From a virus: DNA of 64,000 nucleotides. The notes below the pieces were generated by a model that searched no databases, was not told the origin of the DNA, and saw nothing but the letters and a program-made list of their open reading frames with translations. Positions 1-9,150 of the stretch are shown piece by piece. The position numbers were made by a program, and so were the translations under genes. Within the stretch, counting starts at the first letter, position 1. The number at the start of each line of letters is the position of its first letter. The stretch is taken from the IMG/VR virus record IMGVR_UViG_3300030419_007903, positions 12,421-76,420 of that record; one strand, given 5' to 3'.

Positions 1-722
1 TAGAATTGATCTTCGTCATCAAAAAATTGAAAAGCAGAAGATGAAGGTAGATACTCGTCAAATAATTCACAAACTCGACGAGCAGTAATATGGCCGCTAT
101 TTACTACGTTATAGATTCCAAAAGGAGCTTCCTTCTCTAATAAACTCAAACACGCCTTTACAAAGTCTGTTCGATGACTTAATGAATTTTCTTTGGAGAA
201 TAGCTTCTCGTAATTTCTAAGTTTAGATAAATAATTACGGTCACTGTCCTCTTCATCAAAGGGCATTCTTAAACGACAAATATAATGTTCGGGAGATCTT
301 TGGATAATTTTTTCCGCCATAGACTTAGTTCCCGCGTAAAAATTACATTGTGTATCCGAACTCCAATCTAAATTCGGAGCATCTTCCTCGGTAAATACTT
401 CTCCATTAACTGATTCATAAGAACACCCCGTAGAAATATGAATCAATTTAACAGATTTAATGATATTAATAAATTCTACTAAAATAGAGGGGATCACAAT
501 ATTTCCGTGAACTGCTTCCTCTTTATTTTTTTCTACTGCGTCTACTGAAGGTCTTCCTACATAACCCGCACAGTTAATAATAGTGTCGAACTGGGTCGAA
601 CAGAAACGATTTAACAAATTCTGCACACTGACATTTTCGTGACCCATGGTTTCACTATTCTCGATATTCTCGGCAAATTTTTTTCCGATATACCCGCTTG
701 ATCCTAAAATTAAAGTTGACAT
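1..722 (-). CDS. RmlD-like / NRS-ER-like dTDP-4-keto-sugar reductase (3' end outside window)
   Basis: Not in ORF track. My translation from ATG 722 gives MSTLILGSSGYIG (Rossmann GxxGxxG), INCAGYVGRPSVD, HISTGC and YAGTK (YxxxK); frame is open to the window edge; lies downstream of rmlA. Confidence 0.85.
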   Translation of the reverse strand, partial: MSTLILGSSGYIGKKFAENIENSETMGHENVSVQNLLNRFCSTQFDTIINCAGYVGRPSVDAVEKNKEEAVHGNIVIPSILVEFINIIKSVKLIHISTGCSYESVNGEVFTEEDAPNLDWSSDTQCNFYAGTKSMAEKIIQRSPEHYICRLRMPFDEEDSDRNYLSKLRNYEKLFSKENSLSHRTDFVKACLSLLEKEAPFGIYNVVNSGHITARRVCELFDEYLPSSSAFQFFDDEDQF

Positions 723-1576
723 TATATTAAATTAATTCTTTTTTTAAATTTGTTTATGTAGCTCTCGCTCTTTATAGATTGTAAGTATTCTGACACATAA
801 TTAAAGTGCATTTTTTTATTGTGCTGCAGTGCTAATTCTGCTACAAAATCCCCAAATAACACCCCTGTTCGACTTTCTACGCTTTTAATTAAGGCTGCGC
901 AATCTAAAATGTCATCAAAATTACCGCAATCAAACCAATTTAAACCGTATGAATTGGTTTTTAACACTCTCATCAGTTTATATTGCATATAATGATTTAT
1001 AACGTCAGCAATTTCATATTCCCCTCGCAGACTAGGTTTTAGCTTGCGTATTATGGAAAAAGATTCTTTTGGTAAATGATATAATCCTGTAACAGCTTGA
1101 TCACCACGAGGAGAGGTTGGCTTTTCTATGACGCGCCATAAAGTAGGATCTACCACTCCGTACTGATTTGGATTCGCCACTTGAGCTGTGAGAATCCACG
1201 GTTTTTTATAATTAATGGAGGCCTTCGAAATATCCCCAATAAAAACATTATCACCTAAAAGAGTATAGTAAAAATCTTCTTTCACATATTTTTCGCATAA
1301 ACTAATCGCATGAGCTATCCCTAAAGGTTCATCTTGAGGTATGAAAGTTATTGCAAGATGCGCTGCAGTAAAAGGCTTTATTAAAAATTTTTTATAATAA
1401 GGGATATCTTGCCGTCGAGCTACGATGCACACATGTTCTACCCCTAAGTTAATGAGAGTAGATAAACTATAGAAGAATAAAGGTTTATTATATAGAGGTA
1501 AAAGCTGCTTATTGATAATCTCCGTACAAGGGAAAAGTCTGGTGCCGTGCCCTCCTAGCAATAAAATACCTGTCAT
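722..1576 (-). CDS. rmlA: Glucose-1-phosphate thymidylyltransferase
   Basis: GILLGGHGTRLFP, KQLLPLYNKP, QDEPLGIAHA, EKP, TGLY, RGEYEI, WFDCG motifs. Confidence 0.93.
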   Translation of the reverse strand: MTGILLLGGHGTRLFPCTEIINKQLLPLYNKPLFFYSLSTLINLGVEHVCIVARRQDIPYYKKFLIKPFTAAHLAITFIPQDEPLGIAHAISLCEKYVKEDFYYTLLGDNVFIGDISKASINYKKPWILTAQVANPNQYGVVDPTLWRVIEKPTSPRGDQAVTGLYHLPKESFSIIRKLKPSLRGEYEIADVINHYMQYKLMRVLKTNSYGLNWFDCGNFDDILDCAALIKSVESRTGVLFGDFVAELALQHNKKMHFNYVSEYLQSIKSESYINKFKKRINLI

Positions 1577-1854
1577 GTTACAACATTAGGTTTTTTATGA
1601 GAAATAGGATTTACTTTAAAAACGCATCTACCCATGATGCCATTCTCATTCCCAATCACACCTTCTAAAATCATATCTTCCTTCCCAAAATCAAAATGTT
1701 TAACATCAAATTGAAAAATTTTATCATAAGTTTTAATTGTTAAAACTTGTCTTCCTTCAATCTCCGCCTCAAAATCAACACCTTTAGGTATCATCTTTCG
1801 CCCTTCCCCGTCCGCAGGGAAGTTGTTTGCCTCCATATTTAACTTTACTTTCAT
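1573..1854 (-). CDS. Hypothetical protein
   Basis: 93 aa ORF with 4-nt overlaps to both neighbours. Confidence 0.7.
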   Translation of the reverse strand: MKVKLNMEANNFPADGEGRKMIPKGVDFEAEIEGRQVLTIKTYDKIFQFDVKHFDFGKEDMILEGVIGNENGIMGRCVFKVNPISHKKPNVVT

Positions 1855-2267
1855 TTTCTAAATTCTTTTATATTATGTAACCCTATATTAAATTCTTTGC
1901 ACAGCTTCAACGCAAAATCGTCTATTTCGTATACATCTTCATAGAGAATATGCTCTATGCCGTGAGCTGCAATGGTTTGAACGCAAGCGCTACATGGCAA
2001 TAAAGTACAAGCCAAAGTATGCCCTTCGTCAGGCCTTACATATCTTAAAGCATTTATCTCGGCATGAATGACTCGTTTTCTGCGGTCATCTCTATTAGAC
2101 CAGTCAATTTCGATACCAGAAGGAGCGCCGTTATAACCCACACCGGCAACAGACCAATCATGACGTAAAACGACAGCCCCAACTTGAACATAGGGGTCTT
2201 CACTTCTCAACGATGCCGCCTTGGCCAAAGCTAAAGCATATTCTTCCCATGATAATCTAGTCGCCAC
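1851..2267 (-). CDS. dCMP deaminase (ComEB-like)
   Basis: SEDP..QVGA, GYNG, HAE and PCSAC zinc motifs. Confidence 0.93.
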   Translation of the reverse strand: MATRLSWEEYALALAKAASLRSEDPYVQVGAVVLRHDWSVAGVGYNGAPSGIEIDWSNRDDRRKRVIHAEINALRYVRPDEGHTLACTLLPCSACVQTIAAHGIEHILYEDVYEIDDFALKLCKEFNIGLHNIKEFRK

Positions 2268-2448
2268 TTAAAAAAATTTTTTTAAATCTTAACAAATCGT
2301 TTTTTATCTCTAATGCCATCTTTTTTCTAATAGCATCTTCGTCATCCATAACTTCCGTAGCGCACTCTTCGGAATATTTTTTTAATAATTTTTTTAAATA
2401 AGCGTAAGCCTCTCTCGGCTTAGCTCTTTCAAATTCGTTAATATTCAT
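2257..2448 (-). CDS. Hypothetical protein
   Basis: 63 aa helical ORF tiled between neighbours. Confidence 0.65.
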   Translation of the reverse strand: MNINEFERAKPREAYAYLKKLLKKYSEECATEVMDDEDAIRKKMALEIKNDLLRFKKIFLSGD

Positions 2449-2909
2449 TTTAAAGATTTGATATAATCGTCCTCTAAATGGTGAAATCCTCGTCTTTCAT
2501 AAAAGTCTCCAAGCTTTGCATAGGATGGCACCCCCTTAATCCGACTCATAATAATTTGATAATAATCATTTTTTATGGCAAACTCTTCTACTTGTTTATA
2601 AAGGCGAATGCATTCTAAAGAGCCGCGTTTTTCTTTAGGGCAGAACCACGCCATCTCTTTTAGTATCTTGTTTCCATTCCAAAGCGATGTAGTATTATTC
2701 ACTACAATTCCAGAGCTAGGTGGGGAGCCTGCCCCGTCAGAGGAAGCCCAACCAAGTAAAGTCTGGTTAGAGAATCCTTGGTCAAGCGACCTCTGAACGT
2801 GGGTAGGGTTATACTCACCAAATGTGAGGTGAGCATCGGACTCGTACCAAAACTCTTGCCCTAACTGGACAAAACGTAAAACGTCAGCTCTGGTAGCTTT
2901 GCGAATCAC
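2445..2909 (-). CDS. GNAT family N-acetyltransferase
   Basis: MIRKAT start, WFCPKEKRG (motif A-like), FYERRGF (motif B). Confidence 0.8.
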   Translation of the reverse strand: MIRKATRADVLRFVQLGQEFWYESDAHLTFGEYNPTHVQRSLDQGFSNQTLLGWASSDGAGSPPSSGIVVNNTTSLWNGNKILKEMAWFCPKEKRGSLECIRLYKQVEEFAIKNDYYQIIMSRIKGVPSYAKLGDFYERRGFHHLEDDYIKSLK

Positions 2910-3196
2910 ACCAACAAATCCGGCACCTCGTCAGCACTATCTTGAGTAGCTGCAGTGGTGTTTTGATTTTTAGGAGTATCCTCGTCCAAGCGCCGATTTT
3001 TATAAAGAATATAATCTGGCGCTCTGTCAGAAGTCTTGTTCTTGTTTTTGAAAACAACAAGCTCAACCTTCTCGTCATTAACGGAACAGTGGCCAGACAT
3101 AAAGTCCTGAGTTGTTCCTTGCTTCATCCACAGCGCACCGACTTCTCGTTCGCGCCACTCGTTTTTCTTAGTAGGGGTAGTAGTATTATTACTCAT
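2906..3196 (-). CDS. DUF736-like small protein (possible nucleic-acid binder)
   Basis: EVGALW...FMSG...VFKN..K...APDY pattern and acidic tail. Confidence 0.6.
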   Translation of the reverse strand: MSNNTTTPTKKNEWREREVGALWMKQGTTQDFMSGHCSVNDEKVELVVFKNKNKTSDRAPDYILYKNRRLDEDTPKNQNTTAATQDSADEVPDLLV

Positions 3197-3202
3197 ATAG
3201 GT

Positions 3203-3385
3203 TTATTTAAGGGTCTTTTCGTTTTCTTTTGACTTTAAGACCAAATCTTGTATTAAAATCTTAGTTGATTTATTCACTTTGTCAAGAAATAAAGGTGAAA
3301 TTCTGGAAATTTGTGGTCTTTTTTCTTTAACAATTTGTTCAGTGAATTTTTTACATGCAGCTCTGTTTATAACAGTAGTAATCAT
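3203..3385 (-). CDS. Small basic protein, candidate alpha3-truncated histone fold
   Basis: 60 aa from ATG 3385: INRAACKKF helix, SRIS loop, long helix, terminal KTLK. Confidence 0.6.
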   Translation of the reverse strand: MITTVINRAACKKFTEQIVKEKRPQISRISPLFLDKVNKSTKILIQDLVLKSKENEKTLK

Positions 3386-3465
3386 GTCCAAGGGTTTCCT
3401 TTTCCTTTGTAATGTAATACAACAGTCATATAAATTGACGCTATGATTAAAAAAGCTAAGTACAT
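3382..3465 (-). CDS. 27-aa hydrophobic micropeptide
   Basis: Own translation MYLAFLIIASIYMTVVLHYKGKGNPWT; fills the gap and its TGA overlaps the next ATG (ATGA). Confidence 0.5.
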   Translation of the reverse strand: MYLAFLIIASIYMTVVLHYKGKGNPWT

Positions 3466-3469
3466 AATA

Positions 3470-4012
3470 TTATCTATATTCTTCTTTTAAAAGTCTCCAC
3501 CTGTCTGGATCAAGTGCCCTTTTACCATAATCGATTTCCTTGATGGTGTCAACTACTTTTTCTATACTATCGAAAAAATAATGAGGGGGAAGCATTCCTG
3601 CAAGCCAAAGAGGTACTTTTTGTCTACCTCCTTCAATACTCACAAAGACAGGTTTTTTCATTCTATTAGCGCACATAATTTCTTCTGTCGAACCCCATGA
3701 TCCTACATGAGGTACAATATGAGCAATAATAAAATCAGATCTATCCACTAGATTCAAATCGCTGCGACGAATGGAACTCATATGATTATACACATAATCA
3801 AAACTGCCTTCTTCAAGTTTTTTATTTAAAAAATCTCGCGTATTGAAGTTTTCGTCAATGTCGCTAATAAAAGGTTTATCTAAAGGATCATAAAAAATAA
3901 TGTTAGCCTCTTTTAGCTCCTCTTTAACAAAATCTCTCCAATCTCCCGGTTCTGCATATTGCATATGCCCTACTAAATAACATCTAGTTTTATCTAAAAT
4001 ATGTTTTTTCAT
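3470..4012 (-). CDS. Nucleoside 2-deoxyribosyltransferase / NMP hydrolase-like protein
   Basis: YLVGHM, WR, YDP, DLNLVDRSD, SWGSTEE motifs; start set at MKKH (ATGA overlap). Confidence 0.75.
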   Translation of the reverse strand: MKKHILDKTRCYLVGHMQYAEPGDWRDFVKEELKEANIIFYDPLDKPFISDIDENFNTRDFLNKKLEEGSFDYVYNHMSSIRRSDLNLVDRSDFIIAHIVPHVGSWGSTEEIMCANRMKKPVFVSIEGGRQKVPLWLAGMLPPHYFFDSIEKVVDTIKEIDYGKRALDPDRWRLLKEEYR

Positions 4013-5232
4013 ACATCTGAAATTATACATGCATGTTTAGAGCATAGAGGGATATCTTTCCACGGGTAACTGCCTCCAACGCTTTCATCCCAAATATCAT
4101 CGGGCAATCCCAGCTCTAACAAGCGATTATGAATTCTACGATCATAATTATGTCGAATCATCTCTACAATTCTTTGTATCTCAGGCCGTCTACGATCAGT
4201 GGTATTAGATTGGTCACTGTTGCAATATTGAATATACCCTAATTTAGGAATATGGCAAATGCGAGATTTTAAAAAAGTTCTTACAATTAAATCGTAATCA
4301 TCTCCTACGTGCAACCGAGCATTGTGCCCTCCTACTTCATGATATAACGAAGAACGCCAACACCTTACATGATTAGCTACTCCAACAATATGTCGAATAG
4401 TCTTTTGATTAAGGCGCGGGTAATTCATAGTTAGATAGGTGCGCCCTTTGTAAAGCTCCTCCCTGTAACCCCCGTAACCAAATGCATACTCTCCGTAATC
4501 TACACATTTACCTGTGGCCTCAATAAATTCGGTGCAATCCGTATAACACATTCCAACTTGGGGGTATTTGTTAAAACTTTCTACTACCCATGCAAGACAC
4601 TCATCAGTAAGAACATCATCATGATCCAATTCACATAAAAACTCTCCTTTCCCAAGGGAAAAAGCATTTCTTTTTACTTCACCTATACGTCCACTCCGGC
4701 AATCACTCTTAAATACTTTTATTCGATGATCTGTTTTAGCTAGATCACACAAAAGGCTATAAGTCTCTCCGTCATCATCAGAATCATCATACAAAATCCA
4801 TTCCCAATTTTTATAAGTCTGATTTTGAAGGCTTTCTAGCGGCCTAAAGATTTTATCTTTGCATTTATAGGTAGGGGTAATGACAGAAACTAGAGGTTTT
4901 GAAACATTAGGCTCAAAACACTGCCGCCGATATAAATCGTAGACTTGCTCTCCTATCAACTCGATAGCATCTCCATCATTAAAATTAAGCCACTTCTTCC
5001 GAACTTCAAACGGAGCATAAGATAAAGCTTCATGTGTAGTCCAATCTCCAAAAGTAATATAGGCATTAGGACTAAGACTTTTTTCTATCGCGTCTAAATT
5101 AGCGTCAGTCTCATAGTTGAAAACAGTAATCCCCCTTTCCAACCATTCAGGAAATTCGCGATGACTATAAAGAGCCTCGATTTTTTTTCCAAAAACTACC
5201 GCGCAAATTCTGTCTGATGCATCAAACTCCAT
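4009..5232 (-). CDS. Glycosyltransferase family 2 with N-terminal extra domain
   Basis: LVSVITPTY, SLQNQTY, YDDSDD, ELDHDD, GDDYDL. Confidence 0.9.
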   Translation of the reverse strand: MEFDASDRICAVVFGKKIEALYSHREFPEWLERGITVFNYETDANLDAIEKSLSPNAYITFGDWTTHEALSYAPFEVRKKWLNFNDGDAIELIGEQVYDLYRRQCFEPNVSKPLVSVITPTYKCKDKIFRPLESLQNQTYKNWEWILYDDSDDDGETYSLLCDLAKTDHRIKVFKSDCRSGRIGEVKRNAFSLGKGEFLCELDHDDVLTDECLAWVVESFNKYPQVGMCYTDCTEFIEATGKCVDYGEYAFGYGGYREELYKGRTYLTMNYPRLNQKTIRHIVGVANHVRCWRSSLYHEVGGHNARLHVGDDYDLIVRTFLKSRICHIPKLGYIQYCNSDQSNTTDRRRPEIQRIVEMIRHNYDRRIHNRLLELGLPDDIWDESVGGSYPWKDIPLCSKHACIISDV

Positions 5233-5969
5233 TAAAGGATTTCTAACAGTTTCATTATTTCTTTTTTAGGAATATCTCTCCAAGATTCCCAGTCAGCAGC
5301 GTCTTCGTTTTTATACTGGCCGCTCTTCCACAGGCCCCGCAAAATATCTTTGAAAGTAGCAAAGTCTTCTTCTCCAAGTCCAATCTTTTGCATGAGTATA
5401 TTCAAAGGGGTAAACTTTTCTTTATTGTCTGCCTGAATCTTAGCTGGAGGCGTTCCGTTAGAGGTGTCAATTTCATCGGCTCCCACAATATGAACATTTA
5501 AAAAATTGCGCACACAGCGAACAAAAGCTCTATTTGCTGCGATTGTTTCTAAAAACTTTTGAGCGAAACTGCTGGTGTTATGAACTGTAGCATTAGCTAG
5601 ATCTTCAAACGATGTACTTGGTGGAAGAAAATCTGATTCTTCTTTCGGATTTTCAAAATTGGGAATCCAATTTATTTCACACTTTACTGAAACATGATCT
5701 ATTTCGCATTTAATAACTTCATAATGGACTCTATTAAAGCCACGCAGCTTTGCTAATTCTTTAATGCCAGATAGCTTAATTAAAAGTTGATTATCCGCAA
5801 GCCCCTCTATTGATTGAGGCATTGGTTGGTTCCTCATTTCAAACCAACCTTTATTTGGGTAAAGGTGCTCTGCGGCTATCATAGCGCGCCAGTTTACTGT
5901 ACCATCTTCGTTATATTCGTAATTTACCCCTTCGAGGAGCCCAAGTTCGTTTCGTTTGTATTGTGCCAT
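5232..5969 (-). CDS. Putative single-strand annealing protein (Rad52/Sak/ERF-like)
   Basis: IKLSGIKELA...TIAANRAFVRCVRNFL...GADEID resembles the core helix of phage annealases; followed by a linker and small C-terminal domain. Confidence 0.55.
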   Translation of the reverse strand: MAQYKRNELGLLEGVNYEYNEDGTVNWRAMIAAEHLYPNKGWFEMRNQPMPQSIEGLADNQLLIKLSGIKELAKLRGFNRVHYEVIKCEIDHVSVKCEINWIPNFENPKEESDFLPPSTSFEDLANATVHNTSSFAQKFLETIAANRAFVRCVRNFLNVHIVGADEIDTSNGTPPAKIQADNKEKFTPLNILMQKIGLGEEDFATFKDILRGLWKSGQYKNEDAADWESWRDIPKKEIMKLLEIL

Positions 5970-7168
5970 TCTATTTTTTGCCTTGCCGATCCATTAATTA
6001 ATCTATAATGATCTAACTCCTTCCAGAAGTCGTCAGTATCATAAATGAATTCAGGCGCACCTGTCAACTCTTTTTTTGCTTTTTGTGCCTCGCGACATGA
6101 ATATTTTTTTCCTTGGCTAAGCAATATTTTGCCTGACAAAAACATAGTATTATTAGAATCTAATATAAGAGGGCGGTCAGGAAAAATACGGTTATCGGTA
6201 TCTTTCTTAAGATCTTCTTTTGACTTAAAAATACTTTTATTGACCTCAAAATCAAAAAATTTGAAACGATAATCATTTATCTTGTCTAAGTCTTCGCAAA
6301 AAATTTGCACATTATTTCCTGTTGCTTTAGCTTGCCTCAAATAGTCCTCAGTAAAATGCTCATTAATATTAATTGTTAGTTGAGCTATGCTCTTCTTAAA
6401 ATATTTTAATAAATTTAAGTTGATAGGCTTATCCGTAAGAATGTTGATTTTACGATTTTGCAGCCAATGTATAGCCATTTGCTCATTAAATTCATAATCC
6501 ATTCTGAGATTAAGTGCGCGGCCTTCCATGAAGCCTTTCTGTGGCACAAAGTCAGGAATAACCTCTACTACTCTCGTTGGGTATAAATCTCCAATATGAA
6601 AGGTCTCATGCTCTACTCTATCTTCGAGCCCTAATTTTTTAAAGATCTCATTAGCAATTTTCTCTGGCTCAATAAAGTTAATAGTTTTAGGACTCTCTCC
6701 TACTCCGTAAGCGGGTAGATTACCGTCTCGATGGCTTTCTAGGCCTAAATGTGAACTGCTCCATAAGGGAGAAGTACATTGGGAAGGGTAAGGGGAATAT
6801 AATCCAATACTAGGGACATTCAAAGCTGATGCAAAATAATTAGACATATTATCACACCCAACAATTAACTTGCTATGCTTTATCAAATAGCTTTCTTGCT
6901 TTTTAAATAAATTAAGAAAAGGTTCTGCTCCTTCTATAACGCTTTGTGCGTCTTTGGCGAAGTTGTATATTATAATATTATGTTTATCAAGAACAGGCTC
7001 GATATAAGTCATTACATCTTCAAAAAGATTATAAATATTACTTTCATATTTGTTTCGGTCATCGATAATTATATAATCTTGTTCCGGTAACGGAAAATAA
7101 GAAGTACTTACAAATGGGTCTCGAATTTTAACCCCGCAATTTGATGCGTATTTTTCTAATATATTCAT
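5924..7168 (-). CDS. GT9/heptosyltransferase-like protein with C-terminal extension
   Basis: LIKHSKLIVGCDN...ASALNVPSIGLY motif typical of GT9. Confidence 0.6.
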   Translation of the reverse strand: MNILEKYASNCGVKIRDPFVSTSYFPLPEQDYIIIDDRNKYESNIYNLFEDVMTYIEPVLDKHNIIIYNFAKDAQSVIEGAEPFLNLFKKQESYLIKHSKLIVGCDNMSNYFASALNVPSIGLYSPYPSQCTSPLWSSSHLGLESHRDGNLPAYGVGESPKTINFIEPEKIANEIFKKLGLEDRVEHETFHIGDLYPTRVVEVIPDFVPQKGFMEGRALNLRMDYEFNEQMAIHWLQNRKINILTDKPINLNLLKYFKKSIAQLTININEHFTEDYLRQAKATGNNVQIFCEDLDKINDYRFKFFDFEVNKSIFKSKEDLKKDTDNRIFPDRPLILDSNNTMFLSGKILLSQGKKYSCREAQKAKKELTGAPEFIYDTDDFWKELDHYRLINGSARQKIEWHNTNETNLGSSKG

Positions 7169-9075
7169 GCTAATTCAAATTCTAGTTTATCTTTTCCATT
7201 GTGCGTATAATTAAGTACCCGTTTAGTCTCTAAGAAAGGGAGGAAAGCTATATCAAACAACCCTTCATTGTCAGCTCTGCCTTCAAAATAAAAACAATCA
7301 TCCATCTCCTCTTGAAATTCACATAATTTATGTATATGAGGGCATTGGTCAACCAAGTCAAAATATTGAGGTCGTGTGAAAAAATAAATATCGCAATTCT
7401 TATAGAGCTGTTTAAGCCCCGCTAAAACACTAGTACTCATAAAGACATCTTCAGCATGCTCAGGCATTGCGTAGGCAATTCGCATAGCGTCTCTATCGAA
7501 ATCAATTTGCTCTTTTAAAGGTTTTTTCAAAAGGTTTTGATTTTCTTTTTTTGCGGTCTGCTTGAAATAAGCCTCTACTTCTTTTCGTGTACGTCCTTTG
7601 GAATTTAACTCTCCCATCCAATATTTATGCCCTTGATCATTGGCGTCAACATCCATCTTTAATATATTTTTGTAAATATCTATTAGCCATTCTGAATTAG
7701 GAAGGCCTTCTTTACTTATATAATCTGGGTTTCTTTTTTCTACCTTGGTCAAATCTACATTATCCCAATCAATTAAAGGCATTTCATCAAAGCTTTTTTC
7801 AAAAAAGGAACCAATGGTTTCAGTTGAATAATTGTCAATTACAAACTGTCTTGCTTGAGACCCTAAGGCTCGGCGATCTTCGCCGCTCATATTATAAACT
7901 TTTGTTAATTGGTCGCAAATGGAAGAAGAAGAGGTGGAGGCTTTAATAAATTGGGTGCCGGGTTCACGGTACTCAGCCCACTCTAAAGGAAACCCTCCGC
8001 TTTCAGGGGTGCAGCTATCTTCTCCACAGCTATAATTAGTAACTAAGGTTATTAATTCAGTTAATTTAGCTTCTTGAATAGGTATTTCTTGGCCGCCGCT
8101 CGTAAATGGGTGACAGTATACATCTAATAAATTATAAATTTCATTGAGTTGAACTTCACTTACGCCATGTTTAATATTGGTTGTATGCGATACGTTCTTC
8201 ATACCGCAATTACCACAGTCTATGCCATTGCCTTCAAAAGGTTTAATTTCATATTGATTGCATGCGGGGCAAAAATAAGTAGTTAATACTAAATCATTAT
8301 CTATTTTCTTTTCTTCTAATAATCGTTTAATATCCCACCCTTCGCCCCAGTGGGTATGTAGCAGCAACTTGGCTTTAGATTCAGGATTTTTACTGATAAA
8401 AGTTTTAAAACCGTCTAATAAATTAGGAACGCTTTTACGGAGCTGATTCCTAAAAACAAACCCTATAATAAAATTATCTTCAACCTTGTATTTTTTTCTA
8501 AGATCTTCTCGCTGGGGGTGTTTAAAAAAATGAGTGCTTTCAACAATACCCCGGACTGTTTTAACGTGATCAAATCCCATTTTTTTCATTTCCTTTTCAG
8601 CAAAAGCGGCCCATACAAAATAATTTTTAATAGAAGGCGCTGCCTCTATAGACTCGGGCAATAAAGGAAGGCTATCTAAAGTAGTGTGAATAATACAATT
8701 AATTTTATTCCACCAGCTTCGTTTAGTGAAACCCGAAAATGCCCAAATATCCTCAATCCCTAAATAAATATCTGGCTTCTCTTCTTTAATAATATCATCT
8801 ATAAGTTCGTGCCCATAACCTGCAAGGCGCATTCGTCCTTGATCTTTTTGTATTTTTTTAAGGATTTGATGATCAGTTGGTAAGGTTCCAATGCATTTCC
8901 ATGGTAAATTCTCCAACTCCTCTGAAAACTTATTTTTAGCGTTAGCAAGTTCTACAATTTCATATTTTCCGGTTTTATAAAGGTATTTAAGCAAGTTCTT
9001 TTTATGCTTTCCAAATCCTGTGAAAGCCTTGCAAAAATTACTATGTACTAAGATCTTCTTTTTTCTTTCTGACAT
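7165..9075 (-). CDS. GT4-like glycosyltransferase with zinc-ribbon insert and C-terminal GT9-like domain
   Basis: TGFG, RNQLRK, YNLLDVYCHPFTSGGQEIPIQEAK; CPAC..CGNC insert; start set at MSERKKK. Confidence 0.8.
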   Translation of the reverse strand: MSERKKKILVHSNFCKAFTGFGKHKKNLLKYLYKTGKYEIVELANAKNKFSEELENLPWKCIGTLPTDHQILKKIQKDQGRMRLAGYGHELIDDIIKEEKPDIYLGIEDIWAFSGFTKRSWWNKINCIIHTTLDSLPLLPESIEAAPSIKNYFVWAAFAEKEMKKMGFDHVKTVRGIVESTHFFKHPQREDLRKKYKVEDNFIIGFVFRNQLRKSVPNLLDGFKTFISKNPESKAKLLLHTHWGEGWDIKRLLEEKKIDNDLVLTTYFCPACNQYEIKPFEGNGIDCGNCGMKNVSHTTNIKHGVSEVQLNEIYNLLDVYCHPFTSGGQEIPIQEAKLTELITLVTNYSCGEDSCTPESGGFPLEWAEYREPGTQFIKASTSSSSICDQLTKVYNMSGEDRRALGSQARQFVIDNYSTETIGSFFEKSFDEMPLIDWDNVDLTKVEKRNPDYISKEGLPNSEWLIDIYKNILKMDVDANDQGHKYWMGELNSKGRTRKEVEAYFKQTAKKENQNLLKKPLKEQIDFDRDAMRIAYAMPEHAEDVFMSTSVLAGLKQLYKNCDIYFFTRPQYFDLVDQCPHIHKLCEFQEEMDDCFYFEGRADNEGLFDIAFLPFLETKRVLNYTHNGKDKLEFELA

Positions 9076-9093
9076 ATAAAAGTTGAGGATAAT

Positions 9094-9129
9094 AAAAAAA
9101 CGCACCAACAATTCAAGTCGTTGGTGCGT
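9094..9129 (-). terminator. Intrinsic terminator after tubulin gene
   Basis: ACGCACCAAC-N10-GTTGGTGCGT hairpin followed by a T run on the minus strand. Confidence 0.75.
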
Positions 9130-9150
9130 ATAATTTGCTATTTGATGATT

